Positions 48,161 through 58,181 of a stretch of DNA of 64,000 nucleotides are shown piece by piece. Made by a program: the position numbers and the translations under genes. Origin of the DNA: Nemertoderma westbladi (Eukaryota; Animalia; Xenacoelomorpha); assembly GCA_032718475.1 (NCBI GenBank), contig JAUCBJ010001066.1:1-64000 (forward strand). Direction: 5' to 3'. Under the pieces are notes generated by a model that was given only the letters and a program-made list of their open reading frames with translations, had not been told where the DNA came from and searched no databases. How positions within the stretch are numbered: position 1 is the first letter of the stretch; each line of letters begins with the position of its first letter.

Positions 48161-49325
48161 TGTATGCGCTTTTAAGACCTTTGACAGTTTAACCTGCCAA
48201 ATTAGGATGTCTTTTAGATTATATATATTCTTTAGCTTATGACGAGTATTTGATACACTACATTAGCCGAAGCCAGTCTATGCGCAATCATTCACCCGCT
48301 GGATATACCCGGGAGACTGAATTCGGAACTTAATGATTGATGGTGTAAGCCTACCGTATTATTCGACTGATCATAATATATAATCTCTGACAAATATTAT
48401 TCACTTTCGGGAAATATTAACAGTTCCTTTAGGACGTGGCGCTCTAAATATGTAAACAGAGTTATGACTTAAACTAGACACAACGAAAAGGCTATAGATT
48501 CACGTATATGGCGCATTCTTTAGGAGATGCTTTGTTATCAGTTACAATCATACACAATGCTGCACAATACTGCACACTAATCTGCCGACCTTCACTAAAT
48601 TTGGTCACGTATAAAGAGAGCAACATACAATTTATGTCGGGCATATGAAATAGCATTAGATTCACTTCAAACCACTTAACATAGGTCGCAATCGTTTATC
48701 TGTAACCGGTCTCTCTAACCTTTAGTATATCAAGAAGGTGGGGTGTCTGACTATTGATCAGTATTCCGATATAATATTTCATCAACCAATATAATGAATA
48801 ACCGACAGTAAAAGCAGTAATATTAGTAATTTATGGATAGATATGGTATGTTAACTCGATTTGCATTGGTATGGTTAGATAACAGATATACGTTCTATAA
48901 TTAAGCCTACTAATGTAAAGCTAAAGAATGCTGATATACGGAGGTGCCAAAAGCCGGTGTTCTTAGGCTCTGGGCAAAAACATAACACTGAACTACTGAG
49001 TTTCTGCATCCACCTCCAACACAGAGACAAAAAACGCTCTGATTGGTCAACCGAACAACGAGAGAACAAAGAAACAAAGAAATGTCGACGTGGCAATATC
49101 AGCTGTTAGCCGTCGTCATGGTAGCGACACTGTTTTCAAGAGTATCTAGCTTATCGCGTCACGAGATTACGGATTATGTCCTCTAAAGTACAAATACAGA
49201 AGAAATGGCTTTTATGTCCTCTAAAACACCAGTACAGCAAGGACACGGCCTTTTTATGCCTGGTAAACCAACCACAGAGTACTTTACGGGGAAAATAACC
49301 GGCTAATTACGCAAAAGCTTTTACA
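48161..49325 (-). repeat. 5' LTR (1165 bp)
   Basis: TGTATGCGCTTTTAAGACC...GCAAAAGCTTTTACA, with an extra GGGGTGTCTGACT at ~48740-48752. Confidence 0.93.
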
Positions 49326-50983
49326 GTGAATGTAGAGTAAAATAAACAAACAAAACTTTAAATATGGCTAGAATGTTAAATTTTGATAGGTGTTCTTTTT
49401 TCAATCTCTGTATAGTAAAATTTATAATTTTAAATTTGTTGTTTTCAATATTTAGTTTTGGAAATATTTCTAAACAAGTTTAAAAAATTTAGAAATCACT
49501 ATATTTATTTATAAATTTCACAAACATATTTAGAAAAAAAACCCTGACCGATATTACCATACCAACACCAACGTCATGAGTTTGAGGTCATCGTCAATTA
49601 ATTCATGCAGGCTTTCAATTCCCATAAACCAATAAAACGTGTTAATTGTAGGTGTGCTCATCTAATAGCTGTATGATGTTCTGTTGGCGATTCTGATAAA
49701 AAAAATCGATAAGTCCAAAATCTGAAAATGAATAATCGACTTAAAAAGTTGCCTGTTGCATTTATTATAATGTATATAAAGTATACTATTATTTAGTATA
49801 TTTATATTTAGTATACTAAATATAGTGCATTGTGTCGGAACATTAACCAGAGTAAATAAGTGCCCAAATGTTTTATTACAGTCCATCCTGCGTATCGCAT
49901 TACAGGCTAACCTGTCTGGGACAACAAATAACCTTTATGTAGGACTGGGCTCAGTTTTTGAAAAATGTTCTCAAAAGTATGCTATCCCCAGTTTGAGCTC
50001 AATTTTGTGCTATAAATATAGTAAATGCTCACTATATAAGCTTTTAGAACCTGCAGCACTCACAATGGCGGAGGAATCCGACCGCGATTTTATTTTGCAG
50101 TGCTATTCGCAGTCGTTGCCTTTCAAAACGCGTCATCATAGGATAGAACAATATTTTAACTGGATAAATAAAGTTAGGGTGACGTGATTGCTGGATCGTA
50201 TCCTATTTTGATTTATCGTGTACGAACTATAACTCGTAATTATTGAGTCTTTAATGAACCGAATACAATCAGTAATTTTACCTGAACTTACGAGCATAGC
50301 TCTTTTAGATGATCCTGTTTTTATTCATTTATTATGAATGGCTTAGTAGTAGCAGTCTGTTTTAATTATCCTCAAATGTCATATCAATTATTTTACTAAC
50401 AGTGCTATTTTATATACTTCTGCTATTTGATTTTATTTTGTACTTCCCTTTTAAATTAACACAAATAAATGCCGGCTTGTCCGGATGATGCGCCTCCATG
50501 CGCTCTGATTATTATTATTATAATGAAACATTTTACCAATATTCTTGTCTTGTGATTTACAGCACTTAAGCAAAGTGTTGTGTAAGTAACGCACTATATT
50601 TTAAGCGGCGTCCTCGTCATGTTTCGTCCAATATTTAAAAAAAACAGATCAGTTTTTGACTGCTTTGTAGTGCGTCGGTTCAAAAAACGGGGTTCAAACC
50701 CCGTTTTTTTTCTAATAAATTTGAATCACCAACTGCTGAGTTAGTTTGGATTTTTGATTGAATAAACCATTAATAATATTGAAACGGAGATACAGGTAGT
50801 ATGATATCCCCAATCAGATTTGGAGACAGAGTGGGCTATTGATGCAAATCCCATCTCGGTGAATATGAAAATATAAAATAAGGAAATAGGCGGTATGTAA
50901 AGTACTAACTATATATTCCACCAGTACAGTGTAAACCGTATCCTGCAGGTACTACAGTTAGTATTCACCGTTTTTATTTGCAG

Positions 50984-51150
50984 TCCGCCAGTGCCTTTAC
51001 GAATTCAACGATTGCCTGGAAGGCGGCGCTAAGAAGGCTGAATGTGCGGCTTCCCATCTCAAACGAATATTTCCTGGAGTCAACGCTGTTGGTATAGAAC
51101 TCAGTGTACCAATGCCGGCCCACACACTGGCTGACTCAATGGTAGAACAG
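50984..51150 (+). CDS. ATG7: ATG7 coding exon 4 (not in the ORF track)
   Basis: Acceptor TTTTTATTTGCAG|TC completes GTC (Val). Encodes VRQCLYEFNDCLEGGAKKAECAASHLKRIFPGVNAVGIELSVPMPAHTLADSMVEQ, continuing SNP|VRQ of ATG7. Donor CAG|GTAGGG, phase 0. Confidence 0.92.
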
Positions 51151-52912
51151 GTAGGGACTCAGTGTACCAATGCCGACCCACACACTGGCTGACTCAATGG
51201 TAGAACAGGTAGGGACTCAGTGTACCAATGCCGGCCCACACACTGGCTGACTCAATGGTAGAACAGGTAGGGAGGGACTCAGTGTACCAATGCCGGCCCA
51301 CACACTGGCTGACTCAATGGTAGAACAGGTGGGGACTCAGTGTACCAATCCCGGCCCACACACTGGCTGACTCAATGGTAGAACAGGTAGGGACTCAGTG
51401 TACCAATGCCGGCCCACACACTGGCTGACTCAATGGTAGAACAGGTAGGGACTCAGTGTACCAATGCCGGCCCACACACTGGCTGACTTAATGGTAGAAC
51501 AGGTAGGGACTCAGTGTACCAATGCCGGCCCACACACTGGCTGACTCAATTGTAGAACAGGTAGGGACTCAGTGTACCAATGCCGGCCCACACACTGGCT
51601 GACGCAATGGTAGAACAGGTAGGGACTCAGTGTACCAATGCCGACCCACACACTGGCTGACTCAATTGTAGAACAGGTGGGGACTCAGTGTACCAATCCC
51701 GGCCCACACACTGGCTGACGCAATGGTAGAACAGGTAGGGACTCAGTGTACCAGTGCCGGCCCACACACTGGCTGACGCAATGGTAGAACAGGTAGGGAC
51801 TCAGTGTACCAATGCCGGCCCACACACTGGCTGACTCAATGGTAGAACAGGTAGGGACTCAGTGTACCAATGCCGACCCACACACTGGCTGACTCAATTG
51901 TAGAACAGGTGGGGACTCAGTGTACCAATCCCGGCCCACACACTGGCTGACGCAATGGTAGAACAGGTAGGGACTCAGTGTACCAATGCCGGCCCACACA
52001 CTGGCTGACGCAATGGTAGAACAGGTAGGGACTCAGTGTACCAATGCCGGCCCACACACTGGCTGACTCAATGGTAGAACAGGTAGGGACTCAGTGTACC
52101 AATGCCGGCCCACACACTGGCTGACTCAATTGTAGAACAGGTGGGGACTCAGTGTACCAATCCCGGCCCACACACTGGCTGACTCAATGGTAGAACAGGT
52201 AGGGACTCAGTGTACCAATCCCGGCCCACACACTGGCTGACTCAATGGTAGAACAGGTTGGGGGTCAGTGTACCAATGCCGGCCCACACACTGGCTGACT
52301 CAATGGTAGGAGAGGTTGGGAATCAGTGTACCAATGCCGGCCCACACACTGGCTGACTCAATGGTAGAACAGGTAGGGACTCAGTGTACCAATGCCGGCC
52401 CACACACTGGCTGACTCAATGGTAGAACAGGTAGGGACTCAGTGTACCAATGCCGGCCCACACACTGGCTGACTCAATGGTAGAACAGGTAGGGACTCAG
52501 TGTACCAATGCCGACCCACACACTGGCTGACTCAATGGTAGAACAGGTAGGGACTCAGTGTACCAATGCCGGCCCACACACTGGCTGACTCAATGGTAGA
52601 ACAGGTAGGGACTCAGTGTACCAATGCCGGCCCACACACTGGCTGACTCAATGGTAGAACAGGTAGGGACTCAGTGTACCAATGCCGGCCCACACACTGG
52701 CTGACTCAATGGTAGAACAGGTAGGGACTCAGTGTACCAATGCCGGCCCACACACTGGCTGACTCAATGGTAGAACAGGTAGGTAGGGACTCAGTGTACC
52801 AATGCCGGCCCACACACTGGCTGACTCAATGGTAGAACAGGTAGGGACTCAGTGTACCAATGCCGGCCCACACACTGGCTGACTCAATGGTAGAACAGGT
52901 AGGAACTCAGTG
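51099..52912 (+). repeat. 58-bp tandem array, 31 copies, made from the ATG7 exon 4/intron 4 junction
   Basis: Unit ACTCAGTGTACCAATGCCGGCCCACACACTGGCTGACTCAATGGTAGAACAG|GTAGGG, which is 52 coding nt plus intron +1 to +6. Confidence 0.97.
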
Positions 52913-52946
52913 AGTTGTGTGACTCAGTAAATTGTTTGTTTTATAG

Positions 52947-53168
52947 GTGAAGCGTGATGTGCGCACTCTAGAGGAGTTAATAAGAACTCATGATTGCATA
53001 TTCTTATTAATGGATTCCAGAGAGAGCCGTTGGTTACCGACTATGTTGGCGACAGCCAATAGGAAACTAGTGATTAACGCGGCCTTGGGATTCGATACTT
53101 ATATGGTGATGCGTCATGGTGTCCCCGCTGATAATCAACTAGAAGGGGACGATAACATTATTAACCAG
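52947..53168 (+). CDS. ATG7: ATG7 coding exon 5
   Basis: Acceptor TTTTATAG|GTG. Encodes [31 protein letters not shown]...[17 protein letters not shown]. Donor CAG|GTAAAG, phase 0. Confidence 0.93.
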
Positions 53169-53466
53169 GTAAAGTACAACCAAAACTCAACTGTTTTTGA
53201 CACCATTAATTATTTAGATGGTGATGGACACATCAAATTGTAATTAACTAATTTAAAATTAAATGTTAGAAAATTCAGCGCATTTCACTTTACCGATTAA
53301 TGCAATGTATTGACGATAGTAAAACAAATTGATCATATTATATTAGCTAATTGATTATCCTCGCAAGAGTTAATTAAAATTAGGTCAACATATCGTTTTA
53401 GAACCTATGATAGGAAAATCGATGTGTTGGTCTAGCAGCTAGGGATAGCATAGTGTGTGTGATACC

Positions 53467-54381
53467 TTAATTAGTTAAAGAACAATATTGGTGATTAATG
53501 CCAGTTTGTGTGACTGTGACCAGTCTGTAACCAGGTTTATCGTCACCTATCTGCAGACTTACTGCCGACGTAACAATCTGTTCTACGCCGTTCCACGAAC
53601 TAACCGCGTTCCTATGGTAATGACCACAGAATACGGCTGTCACTCCTGCCTGTTTGAACTTATCGAGCATCGGTTTACGGAGCTCCATCGGTAGCGAGAA
53701 ATACTTCGACTTATCTGAGTTCCTTGGGGAGTCGATATCGCCAAGGTAATAGGGGATGTGTTGGAATACTAAGGCCTGTTTACAGCCCTTGATTCCCGCC
53801 AAAACCCTGTCCACCCATTGGTCCATACCTAGCCTCTCAGCAGACGCTTTACTGTCGTCCATATAGAGCTGGGAGTTTAACACGACCATCGCAACTCCGC
53901 CCACCCAGAACGAGTAGTAATCGTCGCCGAATGTCCGCCGATACTGAGCGATAGTCTGCGGGGTTGGGGATTCCCCGACGTCGTGGTTCCCACAGACGCA
54001 CAACAAGGGAACCTCGGGTCGTAGTTTACGGAACGCCGATATGAAGTCGCGTTCCATCGCCCCGCGTTGCTTCATCCACGGGTAGCCGTGGACCTGGTCC
54101 CCGCATACGATGAGGAACCGCGGCGACGGGTCCATTCGGTTTACCGTGTCGACGAGACGAGCGACCCTCGCCAACTCCTCGTCCCACACGAGATCGTTGC
54201 GGAGTTCGCTCTGCATTCGATCCACGTTGAAGTCGTCTATGAGTCCGAGTTGCGTGTCCGCCGCTTGTATAAAACTGAAGCCACCTCTCCACTCGCCCTC
54301 ACTTTCTTTACTCAATCCTATATGATCTAAGGAACGGTTGATCGCTTTGTGTTGGAGTTCCTCCATTACTGTGTCTGACAT
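53467..54381 (-). CDS. CPPED1: Calcineurin-like Ser/Thr phosphoesterase CPPED1, 304 aa, single coding exon, nested antisense in ATG7 intron 5
   Basis: Metallophosphoesterase motifs FIQAADTQLG, VCGDQVH, CGNHDVG, FQHIP and FCGHYHRN, plus CPPED1-typical FGDDYYSFWVGGV...VLNSQ. Confidence 0.88.
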   Translation of the reverse strand: MSDTVMEELQHKAINRSLDHIGLSKESEGEWRGGFSFIQAADTQLGLIDDFNVDRMQSELRNDLVWDEELARVARLVDTVNRMDPSPRFLIVCGDQVHGYPWMKQRGAMERDFISAFRKLRPEVPLLCVCGNHDVGESPTPQTIAQYRRTFGDDYYSFWVGGVAMVVLNSQLYMDDSKASAERLGMDQWVDRVLAGIKGCKQALVFQHIPYYLGDIDSPRNSDKSKYFSLPMELRKPMLDKFKQAGVTAVFCGHYHRNAVSSWNGVEQIVTSAVSLQIGDDKPGYRLVTVTQTGINHQYCSLTN

Positions 54382-54641
54382 CTGGTTGTTTTCCTATTTA
54401 CTGGTTTATACTCCATTAGGCTACTCAGATAGTGGCCCTGCGAACATTGAGCTGGTAGTTGTTTTGAACGACACTAGCCGAACAAGCCTGAAATCAGATA
54501 AATAGTTTTTTTTGTTTTACTTTACGCTTTTAATGACAATTATATTACCGTGTAAATAAATATTAACTCATAAATGGGTAAATCCCAAATGGCGGGAAAT
54601 TCAAACCGATATAGTATTTCAGTATTTCAGTCTGTGTACTG

Positions 54642-54770
54642 TACACGTTCGTGGGGCCTTCGCGCAGCACGAGGCCCAGTTATGAGATACAAATTAAAAT
54701 TGAGCGACTGTATCACAAAATCAGGTTTTGAGAAATTTACCCACACCACCAATCAATCAAAGAAAGGGTG
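54642..54770 (+). repeat. Short dispersed repeat with a GC-rich hairpin (second copy 60607-60725)
   Basis: ACACGTTCGTGGGGCCTTCGCGCAGCACGAGGC.CAGTTAT.AGA.ACAAATTAA occurs at both positions. Confidence 0.7.
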
Positions 54771-54888
54771 ACAGTACGTGTTCACCCCTTTTAATCCCCC
54801 CCCCCCCACCCTTCCCAACCACCAATACATAACCGCGACATCTACCACCCACGGAAGGGTAGCACGAACTTATTTCCAATCGCACGTT

Positions 54889-55180
54889 CAATATGCAAAG
54901 CCAGGTGGTTTATAGGAATATAATAAACGCAGTACTCGTTTTCATTATAAGCCTCGTTGCGTTCGTCCTGTTTTGTATTTAAATATATTTCTTAAACGCA
55001 GGCTAGGACGATCTTTATAATAATAATAACTAGGGATGCGATCAATATGTGAAGCCAGGTGGTTTATATAATAATTTAGTCAACGCAGTACTCGTCTTCA
55101 TTATATGCCTCGTTGCGCTCGTCGCTTGTCCTGTTTTGTCATAAAATATTTTTCCTAAACGCAGACTGACGATCTTTATA
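54889..55180. repeat. Two diverged ~150-bp tandem units
   Basis: AATATG..AAGCCAGGTGGTTTATA...AACGCAGTACTCGT...GCCTCGTTGCG...TAAACGCAG...GACGATCTTTATA occurs twice. Confidence 0.7.
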
Positions 55181-56419
55181 CAGTTATAACTATGCGAAGT
55201 TTCGAAACTGTGCGAGTAACTGTTGATACATCTATGTGGAGATGTGTGATATGTGGAGATGTGTGATACAACGCCAACGCATCTTATGCCGATGTAGTAA
55301 TATGGGTATTGAAATAATATTAAATCAATGTACACTCTTAAAGCTGCAGCGAAAAAATGTAGCTAATTTCCTAGGTTACATATAAAATAATAATATTATT
55401 TTTAAGAACATTAATTTTACTACTTTGCAAAAATTCAATTAAAAAATAACCAGACATATACATTGTGGAATAAACTATTTCAGAAGCCTACAACAGCCAT
55501 GCCATGGATTGTATTTATGTTATTATATCTGTCATTTACCTGAGATAGCAATAGTAGTAGTAGTCGAACGGTTATGCGGCCCGTCCAGCCTATAATAAAC
55601 ACAATTCAGTGATAGTGATAATAATACAACACTTATAGTAGAGTCAATAGGAATTGGAATACAGGAAGGATGTTGGGATGTTGGATTTAAAGAATGCTGT
55701 CTGGGCTGGAATAGCAATACTGGTTGCCTATTACAATTCCTCTCTGGTTAGTCTACAGCCACAACTCCCAGCTAGCTAGCTCCACACCAGCAGAGACTTG
55801 ACCAATAATGGGAAGGATTAAATTTGTACTCAATAATTGTGCCGTTTAATTACGTTTAGATCAATTAAAGACACATTTATTAAAGCAAATCACTTGAACT
55901 AATTAAAAACTATAATAGAATGGCGTATGTGGATTACATCTGTATAATTTTTAAGTATAATTATTTAAATCTTATACTGTAAAACAATTAATTTCCTTTA
56001 AAAGGCAGGTTGAAAATGGTGTTTTCACCGTAATCAACTTAATTAACTAATTAACTGCTATTATCTTAGCTTCTCGAAGGCCACACGGAAATTCTACTTG
56101 GAAAATTTCTAAACTTTTGCCAAACAACATGTGTACCAAGTTTGGATAGATTTCATCAAAGATTGGCCGAGTTATTAACGTTTAAAATTGAACGCGACAG
56201 AACGACAGGTTGATTAATGGTACCACTACGCTAAGGCTCACTCACTTCGTGGCTCGCCCCACATGGGACCTATCGATGCCAGTGGACGTCATGGACTACC
56301 CCCCATGCCCCCCCCCCCCCCCCCCCCGCATATCATCGCATAATCCATTTAGAATTCTCAAATCAGGCATGGAATCCATGGCAGCTGCACGATATTGATT
56401 TGCCTGAGGACGTTCAGGG

Positions 56420-56770
56420 CAAATTTGTTAGGAATATTTCAGGTCTGACGGGATAGCTTATGATGATAAATTAGCTCAGATCGGTCTTACAACTCTATCA
56501 GATCGGAGAAAATGGGGTGATGTGATTCAAACCTTCAAAATTATCAACAGTATAGATAATGTTGAAAATAATTGGTTCAAGTTGTAAGACACCGAATCAA
56601 ACAAGACAATTGGTTTCGATGTCGAATAATGGGGTACCAATACCCAAGTTGAGTGTAGTTCCTCCTAAGTGGGAGTTTCGAAAGAACTTTTTTAGCTGTC
56701 GTGTTGTAAATGACTGGAACAACCTCCCTCAAGAGACACAATTTCAAAAAAGATACGACAAGTTTATTAA
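56420..56770 (+). mobile_element. 3' fragment of a CR1-group LINE
   Basis: Translates to YDDKLAQIGLTTLSDRRKWGDVIQTFKII and RKNFFSCRVVNDWNNLP, typical CR1 ORF2 C-terminal motifs, with stops and frameshifts. Confidence 0.75.
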
Positions 56771-57043
56771 TTTTATAATTAAAGAAGATTTCTAAAGACG
56801 TTTAAGCATTAAAAACGTTCAATAAACAAAATAGTAATAAAATAAAATAAAAAAATGCAAAATAGTGCAATAAACCTATATATTATTATATTATTATCAT
56901 ATTTTGACTAGGTGAGGGGGACATAATCCTCTAGCAGATGTTTACCCACCTAGGACCAAATCTGCTAGCAGCGAGGGGATTTATGTTAGCCTGATTGATA
57001 TAAACGGAGGGCGGACTTTTCTAACCAAAGTTGTTTTCTTCAG

Positions 57044-57226
57044 GGCCTTGCTGCGGATAATAAACGACTGGGCTGTTATTTCTGTAACGATGTCGTCGCA
57101 CCTGGCGACTCTACCAGGGATCGAACTCTCGACCAACAATGCACCGTCAGCCGACCTGGTCTATCTATGCTCACTGCCGCGCTCGCTGTAGAACTCTTTG
57201 TCTCCGTATTGCAGCACCCTCTACAG
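57044..57226 (+). CDS. ATG7: ATG7 coding exon 6 with the catalytic cysteine (not in the ORF track)
   Basis: Acceptor TTTTCTTCAG|GGC. Encodes [31 protein letters not shown]...[16 protein letters not shown]. Ends at a non-canonical donor CAG|GCAAGT, phase 0. Confidence 0.92.
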
Positions 57227-57494
57227 GCAAGTTTACGAACTCTGTATTAGAAGCTCGATGAAAATTGATAAACTACATACAGAAAGGCTATTTAACTAAA
57301 TTTCCGCAATAATAATAATTAATTTTAAACCAAATTTAAATTCTAAAATAAATTCTAACCCTAACCTTATATAGCTATTATTTATATACACACACACTGC
57401 TAAGGCTAACTACAGTACTTTATCTAAATCCTGCTTAATGGCTACAGTAGTTCACTAACTATTTCCAGTTTGGTTCCCAGATTTGACTCCCCTT

Positions 57495-57901
57495 TGTTTC
57501 CTTAGGGTTTAGCACCCGCTATATCTTCAGCCAATGACACCCATCTAATGGTTGAACCCTGTTGTTTCCTTAGGGTTTGGCACCCGCTATATCTTCAGCC
57601 AATGACACCCATCTAATGGTTGAACCCTGTTGTTTCCTTAGGGTTTGGCACCCGCTATATCTTCAGCCAATGACACCCATCTAATGGTTGAACCCTGTTG
57701 TTTCCTTAGGGTTTGGCACCCGCTTTATCTTCAGCCAATGACACCCATCTAATGGTTGAACCCTGTTGTTTCCTTAGGGTTTAGCACCCGCTATATCTTC
57801 AGCCAATGACACCCATCTAATGGTTGAACCCTGTTGTTTCCTTAGGGTTTGGCACCCGCTATATCTTCAGCCAATGACACCCATCTAATGGTTGAACCCT
57901 G
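57495..57901 (+). repeat. 68-bp tandem array, 6 copies, made from the ATG7 intron 6/exon 7 junction
   Basis: Unit TGTTTCCTTAG|GGTTTGGCACCCGCTATATCTTCAGCCAATGACACCCATCTAATGGTTGAACCCTGT. AG acceptors end at 57505, 57573, 57641, 57709, 57777 and 57845. Confidence 0.96.
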
Positions 57902-58181
57902 CACCCCATTGGGCGTCATTCCTCATTCAATTCGCGGATTCCTCTCCCGATTCCAAACAATTCTTCCTCTGAGTTTCGCCTTCTCAGCCTGCGTGGGCTG
58001 CAGCGCTCCCGTGATTGACAGCTACAACACGGACGGGTTTGACTTCCTCATTAAGGTCTTCAATGATTCTGACTTTCTGGAACAACTCACCGGATTGGCT
58101 GCTATGAAGGCGGACACCCTGAGTGATGACCTTATTGCTCTCAGTGACTCTGAGGATGATGACCCACCTAATATGTTATAG
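57846..58181 (+). CDS. ATG7: ATG7 coding exon 7 (last)
   Basis: GLAPAISS...PLGVIPHSIRGFLSRF...AFSACVGCS...FLIKVFNDSDFLEQLTGL matches the ATG7 C-terminus; stop TAG at 58179-58181. The spliced CDS totals 2055 nt (684 aa). Confidence 0.9.
   Translation, partial: GLAPAISSANDTHLMVEPCTPLGVIPHSIRGFLSRFQTILPLSFAFSACVGCSAPVIDSYNTDGFDFLIKVFNDSDFLEQLTGLAAMKADTLSDDLIALSDSEDDDPPNML

Larger units (their letters stand above)
30329..49325 (-). mobile_element. BEL/Pao LTR retrotransposon, non-autonomous, ~19.0 kb, antisense in ATG7 intron 3
   Basis: Two near-identical TG...CA direct repeats (30329-31480, 48161-49325) flanked by a 5-bp TSD GTGAA (30324-30328, 49326-49330). BEL/Pao gag and protease on the minus strand. 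Purine-rich GGGAGCGG (minus strand) abuts the 3' LTR. Confidence 0.93.

Noticed and set aside
50682-50709. Perfect hairpin AAAAAACGGGGTT-CA-AACCCCGTTTTTT resembling a rho-independent terminator
   Set aside because: It is in a eukaryotic intron and is more likely a transposon-derived palindrome.
57354-57850. Telomere-like CTAACCCTAACC and TTAGGG within the 68-bp units
   Set aside because: Only two short units in the first case; in the second, TTAGGG is just the acceptor TTAG plus the Gly codon.
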